A DNA stretch of 64,000 bases, taken from NCBI RefSeq assembly GCF_963921235.1, contig NC_086119.1, forward strand, positions 16,988,001 through 17,052,000, given 5' to 3'. Shown here in pieces: positions 1 through 13,536 of the stretch. This DNA is from Mobula hypostoma. Its lineage: Eukaryota. The position numbers and the translations under genes are program-made. Within the stretch, counting starts at the first letter, position 1. Each line of letters opens with the position of its first letter. The notes under the pieces were generated by a model. It saw only the letters and a list, made by a program, of their open reading frames with translations, ran no database searches and was not told where the DNA came from.

Positions 1-399
1 CCAACCCCTCCCAACCCACTATTCTGTATAACATTCAGAATTGTTTACCCCTTTAATAGGATTAAATCTGACACTTTTACTGATAAAATTTAAGGTACCT
101 ATATAAATGGTTGGACAACTATCTTCACTGATTTTTCTGGCTGCATCTTGCTTGCACAGTTGTTAATGAGACTTGTTTGGCATTAGGAGTGTTCTCCTCC
201 TTAGGATTCACTATACTCACAGGTAATATTTGCAAATGAGTTATAAAGTTTGATAAATTAAAATACACTAAGTTTATTCTACAGACCAATAAGGGAGGCG
301 TGAGAAACATTGATTAGCTCAGCTGTTTCTTCTTCTAAGGCACTGACAAGCCTACATGACTAGTTATACATTCACAGGAAAACCTCTGTACAGCAGTAG

Positions 400-713
400 G
401 GGCACATGGCCAAGTGGTTAAGGCATTGGACTAGCGACCTGAAGGTCGTGAGTTCGAGCCCCAGTTAAGGGAACATGTTGTGTCCTTGAGCAAGGCACTT
501 AATCACACATTGCTCTGCAACGACACTGGTGCCAAGCTGTATGGGTCCTAATGCCCTTCCTTTGGGCAACATCAGTGTCGTGGAAAGGGGAGACTTGCAG
601 CATGGGCAACTACTAGTCTTCCATACAACCTTGCCCAGTCCTGCGCCCTGGACAGTGAAGACTTTCCAGGCACAGATCCATGGTCTCGCGAGACTAACGG
701 ATGCCTTTTTTTT
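400..713 (+). mobile_element. tRNA-derived SINE with CORE-like body, T-rich tail and 11-bp TSD
   Basis: A-box-like TGGCCAAGTGG and B-box-like GAGTTCGAGCC; CORE-like TGTGTCCTTGAGCAAGGCACTTAA; flanked by TACAGCAGTAG at 389-399 and 714-724. Confidence 0.85.
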
Positions 714-872
714 TACAGCAGTAGAAGATTCAAAGCCGAGAATGAGTAAGAGTATCAATCATTGACTTTCCAAGGAATTGTTGTTCTGTGAAGAAAGCTG
801 ACTGCAGTGATAACAATAAGCAGCCCTACATTTAAAAACAAATCGCCAACTTAAGAGTTTATCAGGCAATAC

Positions 873-1175
873 AAGACCATATGACACAGAAGCAAAATTA
901 GGTCATTCAGTCCATCAAGTTGACTCCATTGTTTCATCACAGCTGATCCATTTCCCTCTCAACCCCATTCTCCTCTTCCTTATCTCCATAACCTTTCATG
1001 CCCTGACAAGAACCTATAAATCATGCCTTGTATGCACCCAGTGACCAGGACTCCAAAGCCGTGTTTGGCAACAAATTCCACCTCACCTGCCGGCTAAAGA
1101 AATTCCTCATCTCTGTTCTAGATGGATGTCCCTCTATACTGAGACTGTGTCCTCTGGTCTGAGACTCCCTCACCA
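873..1175 (-). mobile_element. CR1-like LINE 3' end fragment
   Basis: Minus ORF remnant 'RGHSLSIEGHPSRTEMRNFFSRQVRWNLLP' resembles the CR1 ORF2 C-terminus. Confidence 0.75.
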
Positions 1176-1959
1176 ATGATCCCTCTAATTTGCAATGACC
1201 AGTGTGCAAAAAAAATCTTGTGCCATTATTTTTCCCAGTGACAACATGTGCGCATTGAATTTTTAAGCGGACGTAAACCTGAAGCTACTCTAAGAATAAT
1301 AAATAAGTTCAGCTTGTTGTTCATTGCTTAAAAGAAATAAAATAACTGTCAATAAGAATTTTTATCTCCTCTGGGTTTCATTGTCTTTGCTCTCATTCAT
1401 TTGCACTCTCATAAAACATACATAGCAGGCTTTCAGTGGATAATGAAAGATTTTCTCATGGGAGTTTTTGCACACTGTCCATGTGTGATTTGCTTGCTAA
1501 ATGATGTTTTAAAAAGACAAGTTTCCAAATATCACTCCACTTCTTCCCACTTGCAAATTCCCCAGCAGTTTTTGCATCGCAACAATACACCCAGGTAACA
1601 CCAGTTTCTGCATTGTACATGAATATTTCTCATAGCTGCACATTCCTGACTTCATGAGCTTTAAATGAACTCGTTCTTCTACACTTCATGCTCTTAGCTT
1701 ATTCGGAATTTAACACAGTGAATCAATATTTTTTTTCAATAAAAACAGTACAACTAAGCCAGTTCTACAATGTGCAGACAAATCATTACAAACTCCATAT
1801 TGTCAACACCATCTGCATTAGAAGCTGGAAAAGGAAATATGATTCTGCGCAACTGTGAAATACACTTTAACATGCCAATGACATAGAGGGTGATAAGCTT
1901 TTTTGCAGAGTTTAAATTCCTTTGTGTGCTAGTAGCAAAAGATATGTGCTCACGCACAT

Positions 1960-3650
1960 CTTAGAGGGAATACCCTCTCCCCATCCACTCTACCTAGGCC
2001 TTTCAACATTCAATGGGTTTCAAAGAGATTCCCCCCACCCCTGGCATTCTAAATTCCAGAGCACAGGCCCAGGGCCTTCAATCATTGCTCATCTATCCAT
2101 TTCATTCCCAGAATCATTCTCCTGAACCTCCGTTGAACCCTCTCCAATGCCAGCACATCCTTTCTTAAAAAAGGGGCCCAAAACTGCTCACAATTACTAC
2201 AAGTGAGACCGCACCAGTGCCTTATACAGCTTAAGCATGACATCCATGCTTTCATATTTTAGTTCTCTTGAAATGAATGCTAACATTGCATTCACCTTCC
2301 TCACCACTAATTCAACCTACAAATAAACCTTGAGGGAACTCTGCACAAGGACCCCCAAATCCCTTTTGCATCCCTTGAATTTTTAAATTTTCTCCCCTTT
2401 TACAAAATAGTCTATGCTTCTATTCCTTTTACTGAAGTGCATGACCATACACTTACCGATTTTGTATTCCATCTGCCATTTCTTTGATTCTCCTAATCTG
2501 TCCAAGTCCTGCAGCCTTCCTGGTTTCTTAACACCACCTGCCCCTTCAGCTATCTTCATATCATTTTCAAACTGGACCACAAAGTCAACAATTTCACGAT
2601 TCAAATCATTGCCATACAATGTAAAAAGCGGCCTCACTACAGACTCCTTTGGAAAACTAGACACTGGCCACCAATCCAAAGAGGATCCCTTTATTCCCAC
2701 TCTTTGCCTCCTGCTAATGAGCCAACGTAATACTCTGGGCTCTCGTTTTATTTAACAGCCTCATGTGTGGCACTTTGTCACAGGCTTTCTGAACATCCAA
2801 GGGCACCACAACTAACTAACTCTCCTTTGTCCATTCTGCTTGCTATACATGCAATTCTTCAGTCCCCCAGAACCATGCCAGAATCTATTGATTCTTGAAT
2901 GATCATTAGTAATGGTTCCATAATCTCTTCTGCTACTTCTTTTAGAACCCTGGGGTGTAGTCCATCAGGTCCAGATGACATCAACCTTTGGATCCTTTGT
3001 TTCCCCAAACACCATCTCCCTCATAAAAGCAATTGCACTCACTTCTGCCCCAACACTCTTGCATTTCCTGCATACTACTTGAGTCTTCAACAGAGGAGAC
3101 TGATGCAAAATACTTAATTCAGTTCATCCATTTCCTTGTCCCCCATTACAATCACCCCAACATCATTTTCCCAATGGTCCAATTACTCTCGCCTCTCTAT
3201 TCTTTCTATATCTGGAAAAGCTTTTGCTATTATTGGCTAGCTCACCTTCATATTTCATCTTCCACCCCCATGTTTCTTTTAGTTACTATCAGTTGTTTTT
3301 GAAATTCCCAATCCTGTAACTTCCCACTAATTTTTTACTCCATTATATGCCCTTTCTTGCTTTTATGTTGGCTTTGACTTCCCTTATCAGCATTATTGCC
3401 TCATCCTCCCTTTAGAATACTTCCTTTTTCGTGCAATGTATCTATACTGTGCCTTCTGAGTTGCTCCCAGAAATTCCAGCCATCGCTGCTCTGCCATCAT
3501 ACCTGCTAGTGTCCCCTTCCAATCAACTTTGGCCAGCTCCTCCCTCATGCCTCTATAATTCCCTTTACTCCACTGTAATACTGATACATCTGACCTTACC
3601 TTCTCCCTCTCAAATTGCAGTATGAATTGTATCATATATGACCTGTTTCC
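1960..3650 (-). mobile_element. Degenerate CR1-like LINE ORF2 (RT) with deletions
   Basis: Remnants 'WSKGNYRGMREELAKVDW', 'LFTLYGNDL...FENDMKI' (decayed FADD motif) and 'LQDLDRLGESKKWQMEY...KCMVMHF'. Confidence 0.8.
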
Positions 3651-3809
3651 TAAAGGTTCCTTTTAAAATTGTGTATCCTTGGATATTAAGCTTCCGACTA
3701 CAAAGGCAGCAGCCCACAAAGGCATATGAAATAGTTTCTGCAAGAAACTGCATATCATGCCAAGATGAGTATCATTTAAGAATGATTAACCACTTATAAC
3801 CTCCAACAG

Positions 3810-4212
3810 CACCATAACCTTATCATCCTTCCGAGGCTTGCATACCTCAATGACTCGGAGAACTGTGCTGGCTGGGGTCAGGGCCTTATGATTTGGCTCT
3901 TTGTAGGGTCACCCATGTCGAACAGGTCAAAGGGTAGAGGCCAGACTAAGAGTGGTCCACCAACCCTGCAGGTCTGGCTCAAGGATGACAATCCTGACTA
4001 GTCAATCAGATCTTTTATGGAAACGGCACTGAAGAGTCTTCTTACATCACCCTGCAACAATATTCCTAAGTCTCCAACCCAGGATTTGGATGGCTGACAG
4101 TAGTGAAAACCGAAAGGAAACTACTGGCACAATAATGGAAGCCGTGAACAGTGCCAAGACCAAGAGATGGAGGATCTTCATTGCTGCCACAGCAGGCAAG
4201 TCCACTTAAGTC
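3810..4212 (+). mobile_element. Bipartite non-autonomous RTE (Expander/Rex3-like 5'UTR joined to a 3' end)
   Basis: ACCTTATC..GAGGCTTGCATACCTCAATGAC..GTAGGGTCACCCATGTCGAACAGGTC..GGCCAGACTAAG resembles fish RTE 5'UTRs as recalled; an RTE-like 3' segment (AGATGGAGGATCTTCATTGCTGCC) follows. Confidence 0.6.
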
Positions 4213-4959
4213 AATTTGACTGCACACTGTTTTACTAAAATTTACTAGCAATTTATTTGGAACAATTTATATGAATCGAGCCTATTGGTAAAAGTAAATA
4301 AAAATGATCAACTTCATACTATATCTTCGTGGTAAATAAATTGAATTCCTTTCCAGCTTCATAGCGAACAAATTTATGGAGAAATTGTACTTGGAGAAAC
4401 TGGATTAGCTGGAGTTAACTTTTTTTTAACTGGAAATCAAAAACATAAACCTTAGCCAATCAGGCCACAACTGAGAAGAAAGCAGTTAGCATTTCAGATC
4501 CAAGGTCTTTCATCAGAACTAGGAAGGAGAGTAACTTGTTAAGCTGCAGGGAAAGGGGACATCTCTGATGGGGAGAGCCTGAGTGATCATGGGGATAAGA
4601 GATAAACAAGGTAATCTGTCCATGCAAACACAAAAACAAAATGTGGGTTGTAGTGGGGGATTTGTTTGAGTAAAACATTCATTCTAACATTGAACAATTT
4701 CTGCTGAAATGCCAGTAAATTTTTCCAGATCAAAGGTGTAATTATGGGCCCAAACTATTCTTTGTTTCACTTTACTCAGGTCTACTTTCCTAACTTTTTA
4801 CAGTGCATCAGTAACTGCATTGGCCTTACTTCATGTACTCAGGAAAAAAAAATTCTCACTACTCTACTGCCAATCTCCAATTCATCCTTTTCTAGTTGGT
4901 TTGTCCCTAATATGTGCACCTTATTGACTCCCACAACTCTTCACTCAAACCCGCCTCCT

Positions 4960-5550
4960 ATAAGGATGTCTTTCCTCTGTACTTCAGCCTTCATTATACT
5001 TCCTGAGGCTTTCTAATAAGGTGCCTCTTAATCACAGCTGTCTTCCTGGGGGTGGGGGGTGGGGGTGGGAACATTGCCTTTCCTAGCTCTCATACACCTC
5101 CACATTTTATACTCAAATTCCATCCACCTTCAAAGTAATTCCACCACCAGTCTCTGCCCTCTTCCCCCTTAGCATTCTGCACAGTGCATTTGCCCCGTGA
5201 CTACCCTATCAACTCCTCTGGTCACTACAATTACCACCCCATCATAACAGCATTTCTCTTCGCAAATATAGGCATTGCATACTTGCCCTTCCCTATCCAG
5301 TATCCAGAAACCAACACAAACTGGAGCAGAGTATTGACCATCTGGACTTAATGCAACTTCAGTTAGCTCTTCTTCTTCCTTCATCTGCTGTACATCTGCA
5401 AAATTGGCTAAGCACCCCCCCCCCTCCATTTTTCCCTGCAACTGAAGGATCTGCTGGGCAGGTCTTCCTACTCGGCATTTTGTAGCTCCTACATTTCTGA
5501 CTTTTCTCCCTCTCCAATGCCTTCCACTGACCACATAATCTTCTTTCAGT
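4960..5550 (+). mobile_element. Decayed Penelope-like element fragment
   Basis: Similar by eye to the better-preserved Penelope-like fragments at 20740, 40059 and 58100. Confidence 0.45.
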
Positions 5551-5554
5551 TTAT

Positions 5555-5940
5555 CAAAGTTCAAAGTAAACATATTATCAAAGTACATATATGCTACCAT
5601 ATACAACCGAGATTCATTTTCTTGTAGGCATACGCAATAAGTCCAATAAGCATAATGAAAGATCGCACCAACAGTGCAGACAAGTGTGCAAATACAAAAA
5701 GTAAAGAACAAATAAGCAATATTGAGAATGAGATGAGGAGTCCTTGAATGTGAGTCCATAGTTTGTTGGAATAGTTCAGTGATGCAGCGTTATCTTCTCT
5801 GGTTCAGAAGTCTGATGGCTGAGGGGTAGAAACTATTCCTAAACATGGTGATGTTAGGGTTAGGAAAGCTCCAGTACCTTCTTCCTGACGCAACAGCAAG
5901 AGGAAAGCATGACCTGTGTAGTGGGGGTCCCTGATTATCT
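5555..5940 (-). mobile_element. Rex-Babar-like LINE 3' end
   Basis: Shares the 3' tail (…AATGAATCTC…TTTACTTTGAACTTTGA) with other copies in the window. Confidence 0.7.
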
Positions 5941-8900
5941 CCATAAGACTGGGCACTTAGATAGCTGACCCCATTCCATGCTTCCTACATGTTTTTCTCT
6001 CCTTCCCAGTTCGTCTTACACCTAAAATGTCAGTAATTTGTCTTCCCACAGATGCAGCCTGAAACACTGAGCAGTTCCAGCACTTGGAAAAAAAACTATC
6101 AGTAGGCCAGTTCAATAAATAGCACTTGCATAAATACAAGATTTATGAACTTCGATTCACTGCCTTGAACAGTATATTATTCAATTGTATTTTATTTAAA
6201 CAAAGCACAGGTTGATGTGATAGTACATTACACTCATTTTACAAAAGGAGAATGTTGCACAGGGTGAGAATTGCAATGTGGAAAATCATAATAAGAACCA
6301 GGTCTATGCAAGTACTCTGCACAACTACAGCCACCATATTTTAAAAAGATTAATAAAGTACCGAGAGACAATAGCTCTCATAAAATTGAGTTAACTGGAT
6401 GCCTGCATTCCTTAAGTCTTTGAAGTAACTGAATAAAACTGTTTTTGCTTGCAGGGAATCTAACACAGGAATCACAAGTATGACAGTAATTCCAGTGAGG
6501 CAGAATTTTCTTTATCCAATGGTGCACAAGGAAAACCATTTAAGCAGTGACAAATGATCCCGATGAAGTTCTTAGGAATATTGGCATTGACACCTTTAGC
6601 CAAGAGACCTGCATCAGTGCAGTACTATCATGTATTTTATCATCCAGTAACCACCACACTTCCCATGCAATCCTGGGTCTTGGTATCATTTACCTGGAAC
6701 TTCAGCAGGGCATCAGATACTCTGCACTCCTTGGAGCAGCTCTTGATGCTGAACAAAAAATATAGAAACACGACAGCTAGGTTACAACTGCATATCGAAA
6801 TGCGAAAGTTTCAAAGTGGATCTTGGTAATCAAATGGGAGAAAAACTAAACTCGCACAATCAGAAAAGCACACCACCTTAGATGTTGTAATTCTAGAACA
6901 AAAACAGAATAAATGTCATGTTCAGCAAGAGGCAGTGTTTCAGGTTAATATATTCAAACTATTTTGCTTTTCAATCCCTGGCTTGCTCTTTTAAACCTTA
7001 GCACTCCGTTCCCATATGCTATTTGGCCTTCCCAGTTTATTTCAGATATCTAGTGACTACTACTCTACATTGCAACCCTAATGGATACACTGCCCTAACT
7101 TGTTTTCCCCGTTAATTTGGATCATCTTCTAAACACATTAGGCCTTCGCTGCCTCCTCAGTCAACACCAATCATCTATTTTCAAAGTGCACCCTGGCCTT
7201 CCTTCTCCACAGATGCTCAGATTTTCTGTTATACTATGAGAACGGTAGATACGATGAAATACTTGCTCCATTGTGTAAAATAAATAATTGTAATTCCAAG
7301 TCATGTTTTCCTATTATTTTCAGTAGGGTGGTCTTATTTTATTGTAATGTAGATCTAAAATTCCACCGAATTCTGCAAATGGTCAACAAAGCACTCAGCA
7401 TTTTCCTCAAAGCTTGAGGAAAGCATTTTTAAACTATGTGAAGCCAAATCCAGGGTTAGATAAGCAAATGTACCATCACTTAAAACATTAATATTTCAAA
7501 ATCGCTTAACTGGAAAAGCACTAAATTTCCACAGTGGAAAGCACCCTATGAATTTGGCTTTCAAAGCTTATATACTCAGAATACTCTAAACAATAGAAAA
7601 CACATGAATGGTATGATTATCAATGTGTAAACATTATAATTTCACATTTGGAATAAATTATAGATAACTGATGTGCAAAACTTGTAATCAGCAATGGGTT
7701 ATAGCAATAAAGGGGGAAAAAATCTAATCTGGACTTCTCATTATCCCAGAACCAGATGCAACTAATAACACAGGTAGTCTTTGTTCGAACTTCCAGGTAA
7801 CAATTTTGGAAGCCAAAATAAATAAATAATGACAGAAACGCTCCATTAAGTAGCATCTGCGTACTGGTAGAGTAATATTTCTGGTCAGGAAGAATCTTAC
7901 ATCACCCTAGTAGCTCAGAAACAGGGTGGTTTGGAAGGGGGTAGTAAACAAGGGCCACAAGTTGAAACCAAAAAAATTTAACAGCATCCCGGGCTTCACT
8001 CAAACACTCCAGTAAACCAAGAACAGAATAAGGAATTAAAATACCACCTATCTAGAAACCTCATCACTGAAGCAAGAAACAAAGCTATTTAAACACGCAA
8101 ACACGAGGAATTCTTTTAACCAATCTATCTCTGGACCCCAACGTTAAGTGAACGTCATGCCTAAGACTAACAGCAAACTTAAAATTATAAAAACCTGGAA
8201 GGAGCATTTGATTTTACCAAAACCACCTAATCAACCAAGAGACTCATCCCCCCCCCCACCATTAAATCAATTATAACAAAATAATTATAAACTGAGTCTA
8301 AATGACATGGAACAAACCATACTCATGTAAAACAAGTTTTCTCATCCTGGATTGCCCCCTTTCACTATCAGTAAACCACATGGACAAGCACCTGAACCAC
8401 CAAGACAAGGAAGTGCTGTCAGTTGGTAGTACTAATTCTGCAAAATGCCTTTGATTTATCATTTCCCAAGCTCCTAAAATTCGATGACCTTGAGCATCTG
8501 CAGCTTCCACAATTTCCCATTCACAAATCAAAGTGTCTTGTTTGGTGCCAGCATTTAAAAAAAAATTAAGGTGGTGAAATTTCAGGCATTTTTCCAGCCA
8601 CAGTTCATTTATGCAAGTACGACGACGCAGCTATACTCGTAGGTAACCCATGTACTACTAAATTATTCCAATTCTTGAAATTTCACAAAATGCTCAAAAT
8701 AAAATTGTTCACTTGCAATGTTGTGGAAAGGTACCTATGTAGTCTTCTCTGAATCTTATCCCAAAAAATCAATGCTTCTCCCTGAAGGTCTACTGACACA
8801 ATTGTAAAATATTTGCAATTAAAAAAATATTTTTGAGTAAAACGTGAAGACAACTCAAGTTAAGAACAGTATTGCAATTGGGGAAAAATCTCCAATGATA

Positions 8901-11900
8901 CACACTGACCTTTGACTTCTTTCAGCTTTGGAGAAAGGATCTAGTGCGTTCCCAATGTACAAACGTTTGTACATGATAAATAAATTCAGGAAGCCTGAGA
9001 AACTTATTCATAACATTCCCGAAAGGTAGTCACAACAGACAGCATCAAAGATGCATAGCAACTTTTGATGGTTAGCTTAATAAGCCAAAGCACCCAACTT
9101 GCTTTCCAGACCAATGCCATTTTCCTTCTCAGGAATCCAAAAGAACATTTCATCCTCCAGTCCGGGTAAAGCATCCATGAGACAGGGTCCAAAAATTACG
9201 TGGATGCTGAGTCACTCAACGGTATTAGTTCGTCAAAATAACACTGAATTAAGGCTCTTCTAGTGGCCAGCTCCAAGCGTGCCCTCCAGTTATCAGCCTA
9301 TTTGTCAACGAAGTTCAGGCTTGTTGCAGGTTGTCTATTCAATTCTTGTGTTCTAAACAAACCCCCCGCCCTGTCAGCTCCCCTTCTAAATTTTATAACC
9401 TGTAACCTAGTGCTCATAAATCACTGCACTATCCTCTCAAGTGTGGTAACCCAGCACTGTGACCTACAGCTGTCAGCAAGATCTCATTTACCTATCACAA
9501 TCTTCAGTGGTCTTGGAACATTCAAATTTCCAGTTCTTCTAAACGTGGGATTTTACCACTTCACCCTTTGGTATGTTGCTGCTTTCAGAAGACAGCACCA
9601 GCGCCAAGTTACCATTGCTGCTTGTACGCCCAATTCTTGCATGCAAAGCAGCCTTAAATATTAATGCAAATCTATCCTATTTACCAACTTTCAAAGTGAT
9701 TTATATTTAGACAAAGGTAGTTCTTTCAAATCATAGCAAGCATGTTGAAATGCTATTTGCTGCTACTTTACTAGCTGGTTTTAGCTGTAACATGTACATT
9801 TGCATACTCCACTGGTGGTCAAGTCTCAGCCAATTGTTCATTCGGTTAAAAAAATCAATGAAAAATGCACTTTTCCAGCATCACTGCTTAAAGGCATACA
9901 GATCCAGTACTCTTTAATATTGATCTAAGGTAGAACTACGTAGATTCTATCTCGGAGTTTCTTTTGAATTAGATTAGATGGAATAGGAGTCTATGTGATG
10001 GAAGAGCAAAAATTAGTCACAAAATACTTTCAAATAATCACAGCATTATTAATCACACAAACAAGGTTCAGCTGCAGAAAGCATTGCTCCAAATTAGTTC
10101 AACTCCAGTAATTATGTATTCAAGGGATTTGTGATGTGTAACTTTCCTTATAAACACTTACCTTTATATTTTATTACTATAGAACATGTCAGTGTTTTTA
10201 TTTAAAGTGGGTGACCTCTAAAAATCACTTTCATTCTCCCTCTGCAGATTCATAAGGCAACGTATTGTGCCTATAGAAACCCAGCAAACTTCGACAGCAA
10301 TACTGACCACTATGAAACTCAGTCCAGTTGAAATACAGATTTTAAAAATTCACAGGGAGCAATGGACATTGACGCTGAACTTTTTGCTTGAGAATGTGCG
10401 TGTGATTTGTATCTACTTGTGAATGTTGTTTTAGCAAAATCAAAATATCTTTTATTTCTAGGACATTCGCTTGCTCAGAACATTTTGCAATCAGATACCT
10501 TCTGAATTTCTCCCTATAGATACTGTTCTACTAACATTTAAAAACCATGAAACCAAAACCTACTCAATGAGCACTTACAAGTTTTCAAATGTGCAACACC
10601 AAAAACTCTAAGCAGGTTAGAATTCATTACCTCTTACAGAGGTAATTTTTTTTTAAGGAGCAATGAATTAGTCAACTGGAAGGAAAAAGTACTAGTGATC
10701 AGTCTGTATCACGCTTTGAAAGACTTAATTCTCCCAAAATAATTTTGTCAATGCCATGATGCAACACCTGCATAACTGGACTTCAGCAATTGTTCAGAGC
10801 TACTTTCCAATTCAAGGTCTCAAAACATTTTAAAGGAGCAATACAAATATAATTTTGCACTGATCTCAGTTCAGGCAATGTTTTCAAAAGTTCATTATCT
10901 ATTCTTTTAATCTACCTCACTACTAGTTATCCTTCTAGATGTGATTAAATTTCCTGGCAACCAAATGCTGTTATCAAAATTCCCAGTAATTGCGTCACAA
11001 TTGTTAATCCGTCAGTTAACGTCACCAAGCATCAACTACATGGAGCACATGGTCATTTCCATCCATGACACCTGCAAAAAAAAGTCCCAAAAGAGTAAAA
11101 CCACAATAAACATTTATACTAAGTAACTAAACTATAATTCAAAGGCAGCAATCTTATTTATCTATTTGTAACCATTTACTGAGATCATTGCCTTATCTAG
11201 TAACTAGTTGAACCACTTGTACCTCCTCTTCACCCCGCCCCCAAAAAAAAGCATTCATACTTTGAAGACTTGTGGTCAATAAAATAACAAAATAAAGCTC
11301 CACCTCCCTTTAAGGTCAAGTTTAAGTTCAATCGCTCAAAATAAACTCAGAAAATCAATTTTGAATACAAAAGGATTTTAATATCTGGTTCCAGAGCTGA
11401 ACTATTGTCATTACAAGTAATCCCCAAGCTAAGAATTCCCTTTTAGACTGCAGACACTGTATGTTGGTAGCATTAGTTACATTGGACAGAATTTAAGACT
11501 CAAGTTTTGCATTGGAGATATTTTTCTGCTATTTCTAGTCCAATCAAATGAAACCCTTCACATCTGTGTTAACCCTATTATTGAACATGCTTGAGGTGGT
11601 TTGAAGGATGGATAAGTGATACAAGCAAAAGCATATCTTGGACACAGTAGATTATTTTAAATACATGGATGCTTGGAAGATTAGATGCCAGGTATGCATC
11701 CTCGTGACAGTTTTTTAGTAGGTGTGAGAATAGAGGTGGCTACAGCATTAGGAATACTACACACATGGAATAGCAATCTAAGTTGAAAATGGTGTTAACA
11801 TTTGTGCAATTTCTCTCTGGTAGGTCAATTCTGTTACTTAGGAAACAATGCCTCAAACTTTCAAAGGGGCCAAGTTCAGAATAGACAAATGAAGGAAATT

Positions 11901-13530
11901 GTGACAAAAATAGATTCAAGTCTCTAAATGACCCCCCACCCACCCCAAAGCTAGAAACAATACTTCCCAGATAGCAGTAACTACACAGGGCTTCTTAGAT
12001 AGCACCAAGAACATGTATAGAATGGTCTGGAAAACATCTCAACTACCAAACCAAGGCCAAGTATACATCAGAACTTACGTTTCAATTCCAACATAGATTT
12101 CAAGCAATTAATAACTGTTGCCTCAGATCACAAATGGGCATAGCACAAGTGGACAGGAAATGTTGGGAATCATCTTAGAGAGCTAGCTTATGTTCGCAAA
12201 ATACATAAACCAACTCAAGATTCGATAAGGATTTATTGAATTATGTCAATGACACTGTCTTTTAGGCACACAAATTTTGTTTGAGCTCTAGAGAAAGGCT
12301 AAATATTTAAATTCCTGATGCATCTTAAGATTTCTGTGCCTTAATATGAACCTAACCTTTGGTAACAAGCAATTCGCAAGCAAATGCAAGGTTGATTTAC
12401 TACTCTACAATGAAAATTTCATGTTTGATGGAAATTTGGCATCAGAATAGGCAAGTCTGAACTATTACACATCATCCAGTATAGTTAAAGACAGCAATGA
12501 AAACACAACCAAGCATACGTCTGAACTCAAGGATGTTGAATTACAAAAAGGATAAAAAGAAATTTAGAGCAAGTGGCTCATGTAGCTCAACTGAATGTCT
12601 TGTTAAAATACGTATTTTGGGGGCAATAATTTCTATTTCAAAAGCAATGAATATGACTGAAAATGAAAGGGACGAAGATCACCTTTCTACAGAGGGAAGG
12701 TGCCATTTGTAAAATTTAACATAGGCAGTGTGTAAATGGAGGTCAATAGATAATTATTGCAATGAAAGGCAAAATTAAAAAGAACAGCAACAGCTTTGTT
12801 GATCCTTTATTAAAATTCACAACATTCTTCGCTCACTGTGTTCTGCTATTACACTTATCTCGGTCGTGCTATCTAATGTCTCAAGGAGCGAGCATACAAT
12901 GTACACAAATGATGCTAACCACAAGATGTCTCTACTGCACTTTAATTAAGTGCTTTAGGGACAACTAATGGCAACACACCACATTCTACTTTTCCATCCC
13001 TTTGTTAACAAAAGTAGCGATTTTCTGGAGCAAATGAAAATTAACCCAAAAATGATCATCCCCATCTTTATTAGAAATCACCATTCCATGTGGCAAGTTT
13101 TTTTGATATACAAACTAGGAAAATGCATTATTACATTCTAATATATTTGAGTTGTAAATTACTCTGAAAAAGGTTAACAATTTAGTAGTGGAAATACACA
13201 CTATTGTAGATTATCTTAATTACCTGTTAATTGTTTCATTTCCATCATGAAGCAGACAAAAGAATTAAAACTGGAAACTACTGGCTGGTTCCAGCACAAT
13301 GAACTTAATACTAATACATTACACCCCCGTCAATTAACCAACTTTTAGAATATGAATTTGCAATGTGCTAATAAAATTTGTATATGAATGGGAATATATA
13401 AAATGTATAGTATTTACAGCATTTTGGCGTGAACAGTTTTGGGATTACTTAACACCTGACAAATTACATAAAATGGAAGCCAAACATCTGTCCACAAAAT
13501 AATCAATCCAAACATACAATTAAAAAGTAA

Positions 13531-13536
13531 TTTATT
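13531..13536 (-). terminator. SRSF1: Candidate SRSF1 polyadenylation signal AATAAA
   Basis: AATAAA on the minus strand just downstream of the conserved terminal 3'UTR block; more distal signals exist at about 13068, 12806 and 12232. Confidence 0.45.

Noticed and set aside
400-470. Possible tRNA gene
   Set aside because: A and B boxes are present but there is no acceptor stem, and it continues into a SINE body with a TSD.
5169-5759. 196-aa ORF, the longest in the track
   Set aside because: It spans the junction of two decayed repeats and has no recognisable domain.
1-8000. VEZF1, expected downstream of SRSF1 by human synteny
   Set aside because: No zinc-finger exons or CpG promoter seen; it probably lies outside the window.
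8955-8974. Perfect 20-bp palindrome ATGTACAAACGTTTGTACAT
   Set aside because: One such palindrome in 64 kb of AT-rich DNA is not far from chance, and there is no supporting context.
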